A DNA stretch of 64,000 bases from Eledone cirrhosa (taxonomy: Eukaryota), in assembly GCA_964016885.1 (NCBI GenBank), contig OZ024743.1:177010001-177074000 (forward strand), written 5' to 3'. The translations under genes and the position numbers were made by a program. This document shows positions 12,643-26,711 of this stretch, piece after piece. Position 1 is the stretch's first letter, and each line of letters begins with the position of its first letter. The notes beneath the pieces were generated by a model that was not told the origin of the DNA, did not search any database, and was given only the letters and a program-made list of their open reading frames with translations.

Positions 12643-15208
12643 ATATATATGTATATATATAATAGATTATTTAGCCTGTTGACATAACATAGCAGCAAGA
12701 TCTTTACTATATTATCAGCTGCTGCCTATAACTGAAAGCAACAGACAATCTTCTCCATGCAGTCATTACAATGACAATATATAATATCCTGATCATCATA
12801 TACAATATATATATATATCATCATTATATAATATACAATGCCATCATTATATAATATAGGATTTATAATAGTATATATCATCATCATATAATATACATCA
12901 TCATCATCATCTTTATATAATATATAATATACATATTATCATCACCGTTACATAATATGCACGGTGTCATCATTAGTATATAATGTACAATGTATATGTC
13001 ATCATTATATAATCATTATATAATATAAGATGTATAATGGTATATATCATCATCATATAATACACAATAAGATCATCATCATTTAACATCTGCTTTCCCT
13101 GCTAGCAAGGGTTGGACCCTTTACATAATATATAACCGTCTAACCTATGCTAGCATAGAAGATGGACTTAAACGATGATGATGATGATAATAATATTTCC
13201 ATGTGGTGCTATTAAATTAGACATGGCCTGGGCCAATACTGGCCAAAACCTATCAAAGTAATCACAGTTTATCATCATCATATTGGCTTCGTCTTCACCC
13301 ATTTATTCCTCAGATGGTTGTGGGTGCTGAGTCCTCACTTGCCAGAGGTTCCTATTAGAAGCAACCATCCCCAAATGATCCAGATGGATCCCTAAGACCA
13401 ACCAAGCTCGGCAGCATCGGGTCTGAGTATGCCTGAAGTCTCACACCATTACCAACTAATAAAAAAAGGGTTAATCAGTAGCCCTATAAACCCTAGGAGG
13501 AGTTTTATTAAAGGATTAAACTGACAAGTTAAGTATAGGCCACAACTAATTAATAACTGCAAGACATTTCCCTTTGTTTATAAATTATAACCAAGAAAAT
13601 CTCCAAAGATACTAAATCTACATTTACACACGATTTTGACAGCAAACCAATGAGTGTGTCAGACAGCCATTAAAATACAAAATGAAACTTATGGAAAACA
13701 TTTTTTTAATAAGTTCTGAGTAGATGAGAGTAGATGGCATGGTACCATTAATCAAAGACTAAATCATTTTCAAACAAATTCTTTTTGATCTGTTTGTCAT
13801 TATGATTACTGTCATTGTTGTGGTTATTGTGGTGATTGTGATAGTTGTGACTGTTGCAGTTATGGTTGTCTATATTGCTGCTGTTATTGTCATTGTAATT
13901 GTTTTGTTTGTATATTTTATTCAAGTGTTCACTACTTGAACCTGTCAGTTTGACAGGCAGTAACTAAATTAAAGTACTGAAAGAAGAAATAAATAATAAT
14001 AATAACAACAACAATTGTCTTTAATGGACATTGCTATATTTGTAGACCATAACATTGCCCAAAATAGTATTTTGATAAAATTGATAAGTAATCGGAAATT
14101 AGTTCAAAACTCTCAAGAATGTCGATGAAACAGGACAAGTGTGATATTATTGTCATTCATCATTATCATTTCTACCACCACTTTCCCATGCTTCCATGGG
14201 TTTGACATCTCAACAGTTCCAACATCTCTTTATTTCTCACAGATTCTTGTCATCTCGTTTGTGAGTTTCAGACTCTTCAGATCAACTTTCAGCACTTTTC
14301 TTTTTCCTCTATGTCATCCTCAGGTATCAACACTTTCCTCTCTTCTCACCACCCAATATCTTCTTCAGTCTTTTTCCATTACTACCCTCTGCTTGGATTA
14401 GATGGCACCACTTCTTTACCTAGCTGTCATCCTCATATGTATGTATCACATATCATATGTAGCAACACATTCTTCATTCATGTACACTATATCTAACAGC
14501 TCTTATACCCAGTTTTTCACTTAACTCATTGTTTTTTATCATCCTTATCATCATTGTTTAACATATATCTTCTACACTAGCATGGGTTAGACGAATTTGT
14601 CCCATTTGAGGCAAGTTGGGTCAGGTGACCATGTCTCACTCATATAGGACTGTTTACAATATCCTCTTATACCCAGTTTTTTTCTCATCTCACTTGTTCT
14701 CTCCACACACTATCTGCAGTCACAGCCCATGTTTCACTACCATGCAGCATTGCACTTCACCCACAGGCACCATATTTGCTTTTTGTATGTCGGGAGAAAC
14801 CTTTTGAGGTCAACATATATATATGGATATATTCTGAACAGAGGTGTTAGCAGGGTACATTTAGTTTTGTCAGGGACAACATCTTCAGTGCTCATGGAAT
14901 GATAAAATGTACTCGGGCCACACACAGATTAATTTGAACTAGCAACCTGTGTTTCTGAACTGAGAGTTAAATACTCTTATTTACTAGACCACTGATCCAT
15001 ATCCCCAACACCACCACTGCCGTCGCCAGAACCATAATCATCTTTATTGGTCCTTACTTCTGTCTTTTTCTTCCAAATTCAGAATAAGAAAAAACAAAAA
15101 CAGAATAATTGCTCCTTATTGTCATTGAATGAAATTGGTGACCACTTATGGCTGTTTTATAGTCTTTTAGGATTATAAAGTGCTTTTATATTTAATGTAA
15201 ACACTAAC

Positions 15209-15267
<59 letters not shown>

Positions 15268-15287
15268 TCAGGTTTTTTAACGTTTCT

Positions 15288-16090
15288 TCATAAAAGACTC
15301 TCTTTAACTAAACCCCGCAACCCAAAACCTTAAAAAAGTTTTTTTAAATGTTTAATTTTCAATTTTCTGTTTGTTCAATTCTCAATCTTCTTACTCTTTA
15401 ATTTTATAATGTTATTCTGAATTCTTTCAACTTCATCCTATAAATTTAAACAATATTTTAACGTTCCAACTTTCTGTCGGACTGTTGGGTTGGTTTTCCT
15501 GGCGGCGGGACCGGCCCTCTGACGCATAGGCCTACCTTGAGTGCTTGGAAAAATAAATTTCCCCTTCTTTCGGTAAATGAAACTACTCGGAGTGGCTTGA
15601 TTCGCCCCAGGGGCCCGGCGCGCAGCCGATTTTTTTATCCGCCATATAGTACCTTTAAATTACAGATCAAATCAGAACTATTAGATAAATCACGCCTCCC
15701 TCTACTTAAGCAAACCCCCCCTCCTGGGTAAAGGAATAGTACTGGTTTTGTACAAGAATGGCCTAATGATGCGGGATGACTTCATGCTGGCGCAACTGAA
15801 GCCTGTTATACATTCCTAGAGTGCTCGGAAAAATCGATTTCCATATCTTTCGCTAGGCGATATCACTCGGAGTGATGGGCTGCCCTAGCTTGTAGTCGCC
15901 GCATGCTGTTTGACGGTTAAACAAAGACATAATCTTTACTCTATAATAAAAGACTCATAAAAGACTCTTTCTTTGCTTAAACCTCGCGACCTTAAAAATG
16001 TTAAATTTTCTAATTTCTTTAATATTAAATATTAATTTTTTAACTTCATCCTATAAATCTAAACAAAAATGTAACGTTCCAATCTTCTGT
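15288..16090 (+). mobile_element. ~667-bp terminally redundant element with a decayed hammerhead-like core (possible old retrozyme or PLE derivative)
   Basis: TCATAAAAGACTC...CTTCATCCTATAAAT...AACGTTCCAA..TTCTGT occurs at 15288-15477 and again, diverged, at 15955-16090. CTAATGA (15763) ... GAAA-AATCGATT-TC (15828). Confidence 0.45.
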
Positions 16091-16740
16091 TCACACATTA
16101 TAACACACTGAACCCCACTATATTTACCTCTGCTAAGATACGGGTCCCTGTGAAAATTTTTTTCACGCCATTCCTGGCCTGACTGTAGTCTGACATTAAT
16201 ATCGACCTTTCTTCCTCTTTCTTTCTATCTTTCTTCTTGTAGCCATCAACCCTGACTTTTCTACTTCTTCCTTTTCTTCCTTCTCTTCTCCCTTCTTTCT
16301 GTCTTCCTCCCGCTGACTTATCTTCCTTCCCCTTTTTGTTTGCCTATATTTGACCAGTAGTAGTTGTTAAGATATGGGTCCCTTAGAATAAAAAAAATTT
16401 TTTGCGACAATCCTGGCCTGACTGTAATACCGACCGTTCCTCCTCTTTCTTTCTGTCTTTCTTCTTATAGCTGACATTAACCCTGGCTTCTCTTCTTCCT
16501 TACCCCTTCTTCTCTCTTCTTTCTTTCTTTCTTTCTTTTTTCTTGTGGCATGATATTAACGCTAACTTATGTTCCTATCCCTTTCTGTTTTCCTTTATTT
16601 GACTGGTAGTAGCACACTGTAAGCTTTAGCCACGTCACTCGAGGGTGACTGGCAAAGGTAGAAGATGCTGGATGGTGGTCGCCCTCGAGTCTTTGATTTT
16701 CAGCCCCATGGATTTTATCTATAACATTCACTTATTATAT

Positions 16741-16800
16741 TTTGAATACCTGATGATATCACCGGATTCATACGGAACCCGGTCATTGAAATGATCATAG
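16741..16800 (+). ncRNA. Hammerhead-like motif at the end of a probable PLE 3' fragment (~16133-16850)
   Basis: CTGATGA (16750) - ATcACCGG...CCGGTcAT stem II - GAAA (16788) - TGA-TC. Confidence 0.55.
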
Positions 16801-16849
16801 TATAATAAACCTTTCAAGGATTTACACAAATCCAGCCTCCTGTCATTTC

Positions 16850-16891
<42 letters not shown>

Positions 16892-17780
16892 TGTATATAC
16901 CTATATATATATGTGTGTGTGCATGTGTGTGTATACAAACACACACAAAATATATAAGACTAAAAAACTAGCCCATCAAGACCAAGTTCGAATAAATAAT
17001 GTGCATGGATGGCAAATTTGAAAATTAATAGTAGTAATAGTGGTGGTAGTGGTGGCAGTAGTAGTAGCAACAACAGTAACAGCAGCGGTGGTGGTAATAG
17101 CAGGAGTAGTAGCAGCAGCAATAATGGTAGTAGTAGTGGTAATGGTGGTAGTAGTAACAGCAGTAATAGCTTATAGGCTCAAGTTATAAAACATGTGATT
17201 GCTCCAATATTTCAAAGAAGCATTTCTAAAACAGAAGTAACCACTCACTCTAGTGTGTTTGGGTATGTATGTATATATATATATATGGAGAGATGACCCC
17301 TTAGCCTTTGTCAAGACAGAATTCTAGGAGAAGGAAAACTCTGATATAACACCTGCAACCCTGATGGTATCCAATGATGTTGACTTGTTCTTCTTTTTGG
17401 TACATATCATCTTGGTTAAGAGAGTGGGACTGGCTTTGTGCAGTGCCTTTGCTCACTATAAAAGCTTCACGGCACAGGTATTACTTTATATCTGGAGATC
17501 TCTCTGCACTTGTCGTCACATGGTACCATGGGCCCAGCACTATGTGTCAATAATTGTCACAAGTGTAGTGTTTGTGCCAGAGTTTTCAAGTCGCTGGCTG
17601 GACTAAAAAATCACACTCGCTCAGCGCATCGGTAGGGGTTCTCCTACATGGATATAAAGTAGTGGCCGTACTCGAAAACGAGTTGGCAGCCACCATATAT
17701 TTATATATAAATATAAATTCACCGAGAATCGCATTTCGGCGGGTAGAAAAGGCGAAACGTAACGCAAATTCAGAGTCATT

Positions 17781-17816
<36 letters not shown>

Positions 17817-17870
17817 CAATGGGTAGTGTCTCCAATGCTTCCAATCTACATAAACCAACACACCCACACC

Positions 17871-17926
<56 letters not shown>

Positions 17927-18752
17927 CACACGCACATACACATATATATGTTCATACGCATATATATGGCAGGACTAAAGAGCCCCCACTATCTCCCTCA
18001 ATTCTCAATCTAAACCTACCATCTTTAAACAAGAAAAGACATGTTAGACTAATGTAGTCCTGAATACAGAATATCTTAAATAAAAGATAGCCTGACTTAG
18101 AGCTAAATAACATCTGACTCCTGTAAAAACATGGTATAGATATCTATTATATTAAAGTTGTGTATTTCTTGTAAAATAACTGTCTTGGTGGACGATGGTG
18201 AGAATGCGTGTATCTATGAGAGGGAGATGGAAAAAGAGAGAGAGAGAGAGAGCGAGAGAGTAGTGGTAGTAGCGCCGATTCCAAATTTTGTTTTTATATC
18301 TCAGACAATTATATTATTTAACAACCAAAGAACCACCACTTCTCTACATAGTCAGTTGTTCTGCTATAAAGAGCACCCTAATTTTTTTTAAATTGTAGTT
18401 TATCTTCTGAGGAAAATAAATAAACAAATTAAGACACATTATCTATACCAGACAACCTTTATCTAGTAGTGGGCCACAGAAGATATGGCTATTCATAAGG
18501 GAGGCTGCACTACTAAAAAATTTAAGGCTATTTTCATATTGGCCATGCCATTCAGAAAGCCAAATGGGCCACATGTGTCTTATGGGCTACAGTTTGCCCA
18601 TGATTGGTCTAGATAGTCATGGTTGGAACACCTTTGACAATATATCTGCTTGAACATGGCTGACCTGAGATTACACAACAGCAACAATAACAACATCTAA
18701 AGAAATAGCACAGTTTAGAAGAGTATCCAGAGGAAATATGAAGTACTATTAC

Positions 18753-18920
18753 CTTTAAACAGCGTTCTGAGACCATAGTTGGTTTACGACTGTTATTGCC
18801 TTCTGGAGCGTTGAGTTGGTGTGGAGGGTAAAAGACTGAGTTCTTTAAGGGTACAGCCAACTGCATATCAACCACCCATATCAGTAGAGCAGGCAGGAGT
18901 TCACCAATGCACTGCAGTAC
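18753..18920 (-). CDS. CCDC138: Probable internal coding exon (168 bp, phase 0/0) of a CCDC138-like host gene: VLQCIGELLPALLIWVVDMQLAVPLKNSVFYPPHQLNAPEGNNSRKPTMVSERCLK
   Basis: Acceptor ttaacttacAG and donor AAG|GTaata. Only phase 0 is open. The ELL..L..W..D..L...ERCLK pattern resembles, from memory, vertebrate CCDC138 (ELLTVFMDWISDHHL...EKCVK). Gene identity is unverified. Confidence 0.6.
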
Positions 18921-19348
18921 CTGTAAGTTAAAATATGGACAAAAAAAAAATCAATATTCAGTAAAAACATCACCAACAATATCAACATCACCAAGGCGAC
19001 CAGGTCATTAATTTCATTATAACAATAACAACCACAAAAACAAGTGTTTTTAAGGACATTTTCCCTGTTAAAGCAGAGTGTTACTTTGCAAGCCTCACAA
19101 TAGGCTTCATGCTCATGCTTTTAACAGACAGATACTTTTCCTGTTGTGAAGCCATTTAGTCAGCAACTTAACACCTTTGTTACTAACCTAACCAAAATGG
19201 TTTATTTGATAGAATCCTTAGAGTATTGGATATTTGTTCTATGTCCTGATTTCAAATACTACCAGGGTCATTCTTTCAAGGGTTGATAAAGAAAGCACCA
19301 ACACAATGGTGGTACAACCCTCTCTATTCTTCCAACTGTCACATCCCG

Positions 19349-19467
19349 AATGTTTCACTGGATCAAAGCAGTGTGGGAGGATCATGAGAGTGTTATGACT
19401 GCTTATGACTAATGTTTCACTAGATCAAAGCAGTGTTGGAGGGTCATAAGAGTGTTATGTCTACTTA
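19349..19467. repeat. 62-bp tandem duplication
   Basis: AATGTTTCACT(G/A)GATCAAAGCAGTGT...GAGTGTTATG twice. Confidence 0.85.
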
Positions 19468-20344
19468 CCACTGCATAGACAACAGAAACTCTTAGCGAAA
19501 GCATGGTGCATACTACCATATCTTGCCCATTGAAACACCCATTTTAAAAGATTATTATTTAAATTAACACACCATAATGTTATATAGGAACCTTTTGTTA
19601 AGGTTTGTTAGAAATACTACCTTCAAAGTACAATTTTAGCAATTAATTAATTGAAATACAGTCGAGGGTTTTTATTTAAATTATAAACTTCCAACAATTT
19701 TATACCAGAACCACGAAATAGTTAAACATTTTATACCAGAACCATGAAATAATTAATAATAATATACCAGAACCATGAAATAATTAATAATCTTAGTGAA
19801 TCCCTAAAAAATGACTTCATTAATTAATCTAAAATAGGGTGTATATCATAAAAATATGGTCATGATAGGATTTACACTTTTGATACCAACCCAGCCAAAA
19901 CAAGCTCTGGTTCTGTGAAATAAAATCACCCATTTTAAAAGGTTCCTATATAAATCAAAATCTTCCAACAATATCATCAGAGCCATATGTTAAGTTACTA
20001 TCTTAGTAACAAAATAATCAATAATTTTGGTAAATTCCTAAAAGCTTTTTCAATAATTAATTGAAATAGAATGTATTTCATAAGAAATTGAATCACGAAA
20101 GAGTTTAAATTGAAACTTTCTAGTATAATTTTATATAAGAACCATATGATAAGTTACTATTTTAGTAATCAAATTATAATTTTTTGAAAAATCTCTCAAA
20201 AATTCTTCATTAATTAATTAAAATAAACTGTATTTCATAAGAAACAGTCATGAAAGGGTTAATCAAATTTGAAAAAATTAATTCAAATCAACTCCTAAGT
20301 TATAACAATGAACAACAAAACAAATAACAAGTAACATAAACAGC

Positions 20345-21365
20345 AAGTGAGAGGGAGAAGAAGGAGTAGAGAAAGTAAGAGAGAGGGTGGAGATAGAGAG
20401 AGGTAGGGAAAGATAGAGAGAAAAAGAGAGAGACGAGGGGAAAGAGAGAGAAAGAAAGAGAGAGCAGAGAAAAAGGGATAGAGGTAGAGATAGACAGAGA
20501 GAGAAATAGACAAAGAGAGGGAAATAGAGGGAGGAGAAAGAGGTAGAGGAATAGAGGGAGGAGAGAGAGAGAGGTAGAAATAGACAAGGAGACATAAGTA
20601 GAGGGAGGAGAGGGAGAGGTAGAAGTAGACAAGGAAAGAGAAGTAGAGACATAGAGGGAGGAGAGAGAGACAGACATCCAGAGAAAAAGAGAAAGAGAAT
20701 TAGGCAAAGAAAGAGAGAGAGAGAGAAGGGGGGGGGGTAAATAGGCAGAGAGAGAGGAGGAGGAGGAGAGGGACAGGTAGAGAAAGAGATAAGGCTACAT
20801 AAGCAGCTGAACCATTTCATGTTGACCAGACCATACACCATAACTGGTTTCCTTAATGTTTCATGGCTTGAACTATAGGAAGTTAATACTGATAAGGTCC
20901 TGTGTCTGTGTTGCTTGGTGTGTGATGTGTGATGTGTTTGTGTGTGTATGTGTGCAGGTGCTGTGTGTGTGATGTGTTTGTGTGTGTATGTGTGTGTATG
21001 TGTGCAGGTGCTGGGTGTGTGATGTGTTTGTGTGTGTATGTGTGTTTCCATGTTGCTGGGTGTGTGTGATGTGTTTGTATGTGTGTGCCCATGTTGCTGG
21101 GTGTGTGATGTGTTTGTGTGTGTATGTGCATGTTGCTGGGTGTGTGGTGTGTTTGTGTGTGTGCATGTTGCTGGGTATGTTTTATGTGTGTGTGTGTATA
21201 TGTATGATGGTGTGTGTGTATATATGCATGATTGTGTGTGTGTGTGTATGTATGATTGAGTGTGTATGTGTGTATATATGTATGATTGTGTATGTGTGTG
21301 TGTGAGTATATATGTATGATTGTGTGTGTGTGTATATATATATATATGTATGAGTGTGTGTGTGC
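20345..21365. repeat. GA-rich low-complexity tract followed by a TG-rich ~40-bp minisatellite and (TG/TA)n
   Basis: Visible directly: recurring GTGTGATGTGTTTGTGTGTGTATG...GCTGG units. Confidence 0.85.
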
Positions 21366-21896
21366 AACAATTGTTTTAAGACCAAAACTAAAATATATAA
21401 AATAAATATAAGACAGCTACGACAAGCAATATTTTCCAATAATGTTAGATACAGTCAACCTTTTTAGCCAGTCACTTGCATGAATTGATGTGGCGACAAC
21501 TACACAATATGACACGTATGTGTGTGTCAATGTGTGTGTGTTTATATATGTGAGTGTATGTGTAAGTGTGTGTATATATGGATGTTAATGTTGGCTTGTA
21601 GAACTCCTGGTATAACAATAACAAACTGATGAGGGTGACTCCATGCATGTAGTAAAGTTGTATTTATTATATATTGCAATGTATTTCAGTTGACTTTTAC
21701 TTGGGTTACTCTGAGCCAACATCTAATAAATGTTTATCATCATCATCATCATATCATCATCACTGTTTAATGTCCATTTTTCCATGCAAGCATGGGTTAG
21801 ACATGTTGTCCAGAAATGAACCAAGCCAGAGCAGGTGACCATCTGTAGCTCCCACTGAACTGATTTTGGTTTTGTTTCTATGACTGGATGCCCTTC

Positions 21897-21927
<31 letters not shown>

Positions 21928-21954
21928 AGGGATAACAAAATATTGTTATAGGTA

Positions 21955-23912
21955 ATCCAGTTACAGGTTGTGAATACTTCGTATTATGGATAGTTTTAGC
22001 GTACGGTGTTGTTTGACTCAACAAGGGGTTTACGTAAGTGGCGAGTTTATGAGTTCTCTTGTATTCCTATGTAAGTTTATCTTGGAGTAATAATATTGAA
22101 AGTGTGAAGAATAACATGGTCAACAGTACAAAAAAGAGTTTTATTTACAGTCTGACAATTGTTTCACTGATTAAGTTGTCTAAAAATTGCTGAACACTTG
22201 AAGCAGAGCCACTCAATTTTAAATATGTTGTTAGCTTAACCAGATCATTGGAGAAAGCTGTTATATGTTCAGTATTTTTACAAATTCAAATTACAGCATC
22301 CTTAATAATATTAATAATAAAGATAGAGAGAGAAAAAAAAGAAGAGAGATAGAGAGAAGAAAGAAAAAAGAGAAAGATATAGAGAAAAAAGACAGAGAGA
22401 AAAGAGGATAGAAAGAGAAGAGAAAAGGATAAAGAAGAAATAAAAGGTAAATAAAAATAAAAATAAAGGGAAAAATAATGATATCAACAATAAATGAATA
22501 AATGCTAATAAATAAGTGCTAATAAATAAGTTACATCGAGGGTGATACAAAATAATACAAAATATGAAAATAAATAAATAAAAAATGTTTATATGTGCGA
22601 AGAAAAGTAAACAGTAAGATTATTGAGAGTAGTTGTGGTGTTGGTGGTTAAAACAGAGATACGAAGGTATAAACATGAAAATGTTAAATATATTTATGTG
22701 TGTATTGGTTATTTAATAAATTAATTATATAATTAATTAATTATTTGATTAATTAATTGTAAGTTATATTAGAAGTGAAAATAATACGATAAGATAAAAT
22801 GTAAGAGATGAAATAAATTTAGGGAGAGAAATAGAAAGATAGAAAGTGAAAGAGAGATATATAAAATATAAAATATAAAATATAAAATATAAAATATAAA
22901 AGGTTATGATGTTGGTTCATTGACAGATGATGACAATTATAAAAATAATTATGATAATAGGATATTATAATAGATTTAAGTGGTACAATTTGAGTTATGG
23001 AATAGATGGGATGAATTAAGTTGGTCTAAAGTTATCAAATTTGGTTGCCGTTTTATGCCTACAGAAAATAGTTCTTTCAATGTTGCTGTTAAGTAGCATT
23101 TTGTTGTATTTTAAAATTTGGAATAGCTCCATATTACAAAGACCACAGTAGGACATGCCAATTCTATAGACTATTGCCGTTGATAACTTCATCCAGCTGA
23201 TTCTGTATTCCTGGTTTGCATCTTTGAGCTGCCAGATTTTATTGGCGAGCGTTGTTGTATTCATAAGCTTCTTGTTATTTATAGAGTGTCTGTGGACATA
23301 CCACCTTTTCTAGAACTCCCCCGCTGTGGAACCTATGTAGTGCCATGCTAAGTTGCCTGAATTTATAGTACATAGGTACACTCTAGGCATCTATTTTGTA
23401 ATGGGCATTTATCAGGTAGATGACAGTAACATTTTGATGCCTTCCTATATGCCGGTTCCTCGATATGGTTTTGTATGTTGTTATGTATGGGCTGAGAATT
23501 GGGTTTGTTGATGTATTGTGGTGATGTGCTCTGACGTGTGTTTGGGTGTGATGATGTTACGTGTTTGTGTTTTATATTTGATGTTATGGTACTTGTTTGC
23601 GGGCTACTTGTATTAGAAATTCTCTTATAGTTAATTTTATATATGTGCGATTCTATGTTGTTGTTCTTTTTTCTCTCTCTATCTTTATTATTAATATTAT
23701 TAATGATGCAGTAATTTGAATTCGTAAAAATATTGAACATATAACAGCTTTCTCCGATATTCTGGTTAAGCTAACAACGTATTTAAAATTGAGTGGCCCT
23801 GCTTCAAGTGTTCAGCAACTTTTAGACAACTTAATCAGTGAAACAATTGTCAGGCTGTAAATAAAACCCTTTTTTTGTACTGTTGACCATGTTATTCTTC
23901 ACTCTTTCAATA
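21955..23912 (-). mobile_element. Decayed 5'-truncated Penelope-like element (Zn-linker + GIY-YIG, AT-rich 3' UTR, pLTR) with an inverted pLTR copy
   Basis: Minus strand gives CYCHLPDKCPLQNRC...YIGSTAG...TTLANKIWQLKD...YCGLCNMELFQI...LLNS...CRHK. 22094-22335 is the reverse complement of ~23665-23912. Each copy has a decayed hammerhead (22147-22261 minus; 23744-23858 plus). Confidence 0.85.
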
Positions 23913-23938
23913 TATATTTATAAAAATTTGGAATAGCT

Positions 23939-23970
<32 letters not shown>

Positions 23971-23979
<9 letters not shown>

Positions 23980-24813
23980 TAAACAAATAATGAATAAACA
24001 ATGAGACAGTTCCTTATATTAAACAAAAAAAGTTCATTATTTAACGATCGTTTCTAGGATATATATGTGTTAGAATTGGCATGCATATTCAACAGATCTA
24101 TGTACAAAATTATACAAAATTATACAAACTATCAAGATTAAATATACATACCAACACATATATACGCCGTCTTCAGAAATAATGAAGTATATTTATTGAT
24201 AATAACAACAATTCAAAATTTCAGGTCCGTTTGGGAACAAAATTGACCAATGAAAATACAAAAGGTTTAATGCAGTTCGGTCTGTGTATATACATGTAAA
24301 ACCCTTACACATATTTTACAAAAATGTATGCATAACTTGTATACGCATACTAAAAGGATGGATGCAAATACAAAATTTCAAGGTTAATGTCTCTGTAAGT
24401 TTATAATGCACAGATAAGATGCGTATAGACACACAAATATGAAATAAGTGTATAGATATATTTTCATACTCACACATATCCGTACAATCACACATACACG
24501 CGCGTATATGCATAAATATACACATAACCACGAACATACAAACACACACACACCCCCACTCACATATATATATGTGGATATAAAATCATAAGCACATGGA
24601 TATTAATTCACTCACATAAACACTGGCACACACATTTAGATCAAGATACAGAAATTAGGTGGGAGGGGGGGGAGAGGTCAGTATTCAACGGTCTGGGCAG
24701 ACTGCTTAATATAGATGTATCTATAAACTAAGAAAATAAAAAATAATAAATAATAAATAAACATTAAAGAGGAAAGAATAGAAAAAGAAAAGAGAAAAAA
24801 GAAATATATCAAG

Positions 24814-24887
<74 letters not shown>

Positions 24888-25033
24888 CACACACACACAC
24901 ACATACATATATATACACATATACAAACACATACATACATATACACACATCCACACTAAGAACATACATACACACACATATATAAACATATACATATACA
25001 CACATACATACATATACACACATACATATAAAT

Positions 25034-25084
<51 letters not shown>

Positions 25085-25603
25085 CATACACACATACATA
25101 CACATATAATCACACATACTATATAGACACACATATATATACACACATACACGCACATATACATACACTTACATACTTATATACATACAGATATACACAT
25201 ACATAGCTATATATACACACAAATACATACAGACATACATACATACATACAGACAAATACTTACGCATCTATATATCGGTATATACATACAAACACCACT
25301 ACACTATCACACAACTCAGACATACAAAGAAAAAGGTATATACCTATACACACATACATATACAAATAGAAAAACATATAGATATATATATAAATATATA
25401 CACATATATATATACATATATATATACATATATATATATATATACATATACACATACACACACATACACATACATACACATACATACATGTACACACACA
25501 TAGAAATATATACGCATACACACATACACACATACATATAAAGTCATACACACACATACACCTACACGAACATACACATACACATATATAAAGATATATA
25601 TAC

Positions 25604-25636
<33 letters not shown>

Positions 25637-25659
25637 TATATATAAAAAATAAATAATAA

Positions 25660-25710
<51 letters not shown>

Positions 25711-26044
25711 CATATACATACACACATACATAGACATATATGTACATACATACACATACATAGATACATACACACACATACATACATATATATATACACA
25801 CATAGACATATACATACATACACACACAACTTACATACACACATATATATTCATACATAGAATTAGATATATAATCATACATACATATGCACTTACATAT
25901 ACTCATATATACAAATACATACGCATCCATATATGCGTATATACATAGAAACACCACTACAACCTCACCCAACTCAGACATACAAATAAAAATAAAAAGG
26001 CATATGCATATACATATATACACGCATTAATAGAGATATATATA

Positions 26045-26078
<34 letters not shown>

Positions 26079-26311
26079 TACACACATACACTTATATATA
26101 TATATACATACCCACACACACATACCACCATAAATACACATACAAACACCCACATATACATATATATACACACATATATATATATATACACACACATAAA
26201 AAACAGACATGCACATATATATTTTTTTACACATATATATACACATATTATATACATATACACTCCCTCACATATACACACATACACATAAGTTATATTA
26301 TAATAATAAAT

Positions 26312-26378
<67 letters not shown>

Positions 26379-26408
26379 GAATATAGACATATATACACAC
26401 ATAGACAC

Positions 26409-26446
<38 letters not shown>

Positions 26447-26650
26447 ATATACACAGACACATATACACACTCACATATATATGTGTGTGCACACACACAT
26501 ATATACACATACACACATATACACATAAACACATATATGTGTATACATGCACACACACACATATATCCACATAGATACGAAGATAGACATATAAATAGAG
26601 AGACATACATATATATACACACACACATATACATACATACATACACACAC

Positions 26651-26711
<61 letters not shown>

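Noticed and set aside
13290-13460. Possible further host exon on the minus strand
   Set aside because: All three frames after the candidate AG hit stops. One frame resembles a decayed LINE C-terminus (GIHLDHLGMVASNRNLWQ).
21624-21720. CTGATGA motifs at ~21626, ~35021 and ~51097 as active hammerheads
   Set aside because: No properly placed GAAA, stem III and stem I. At most decayed remnants.
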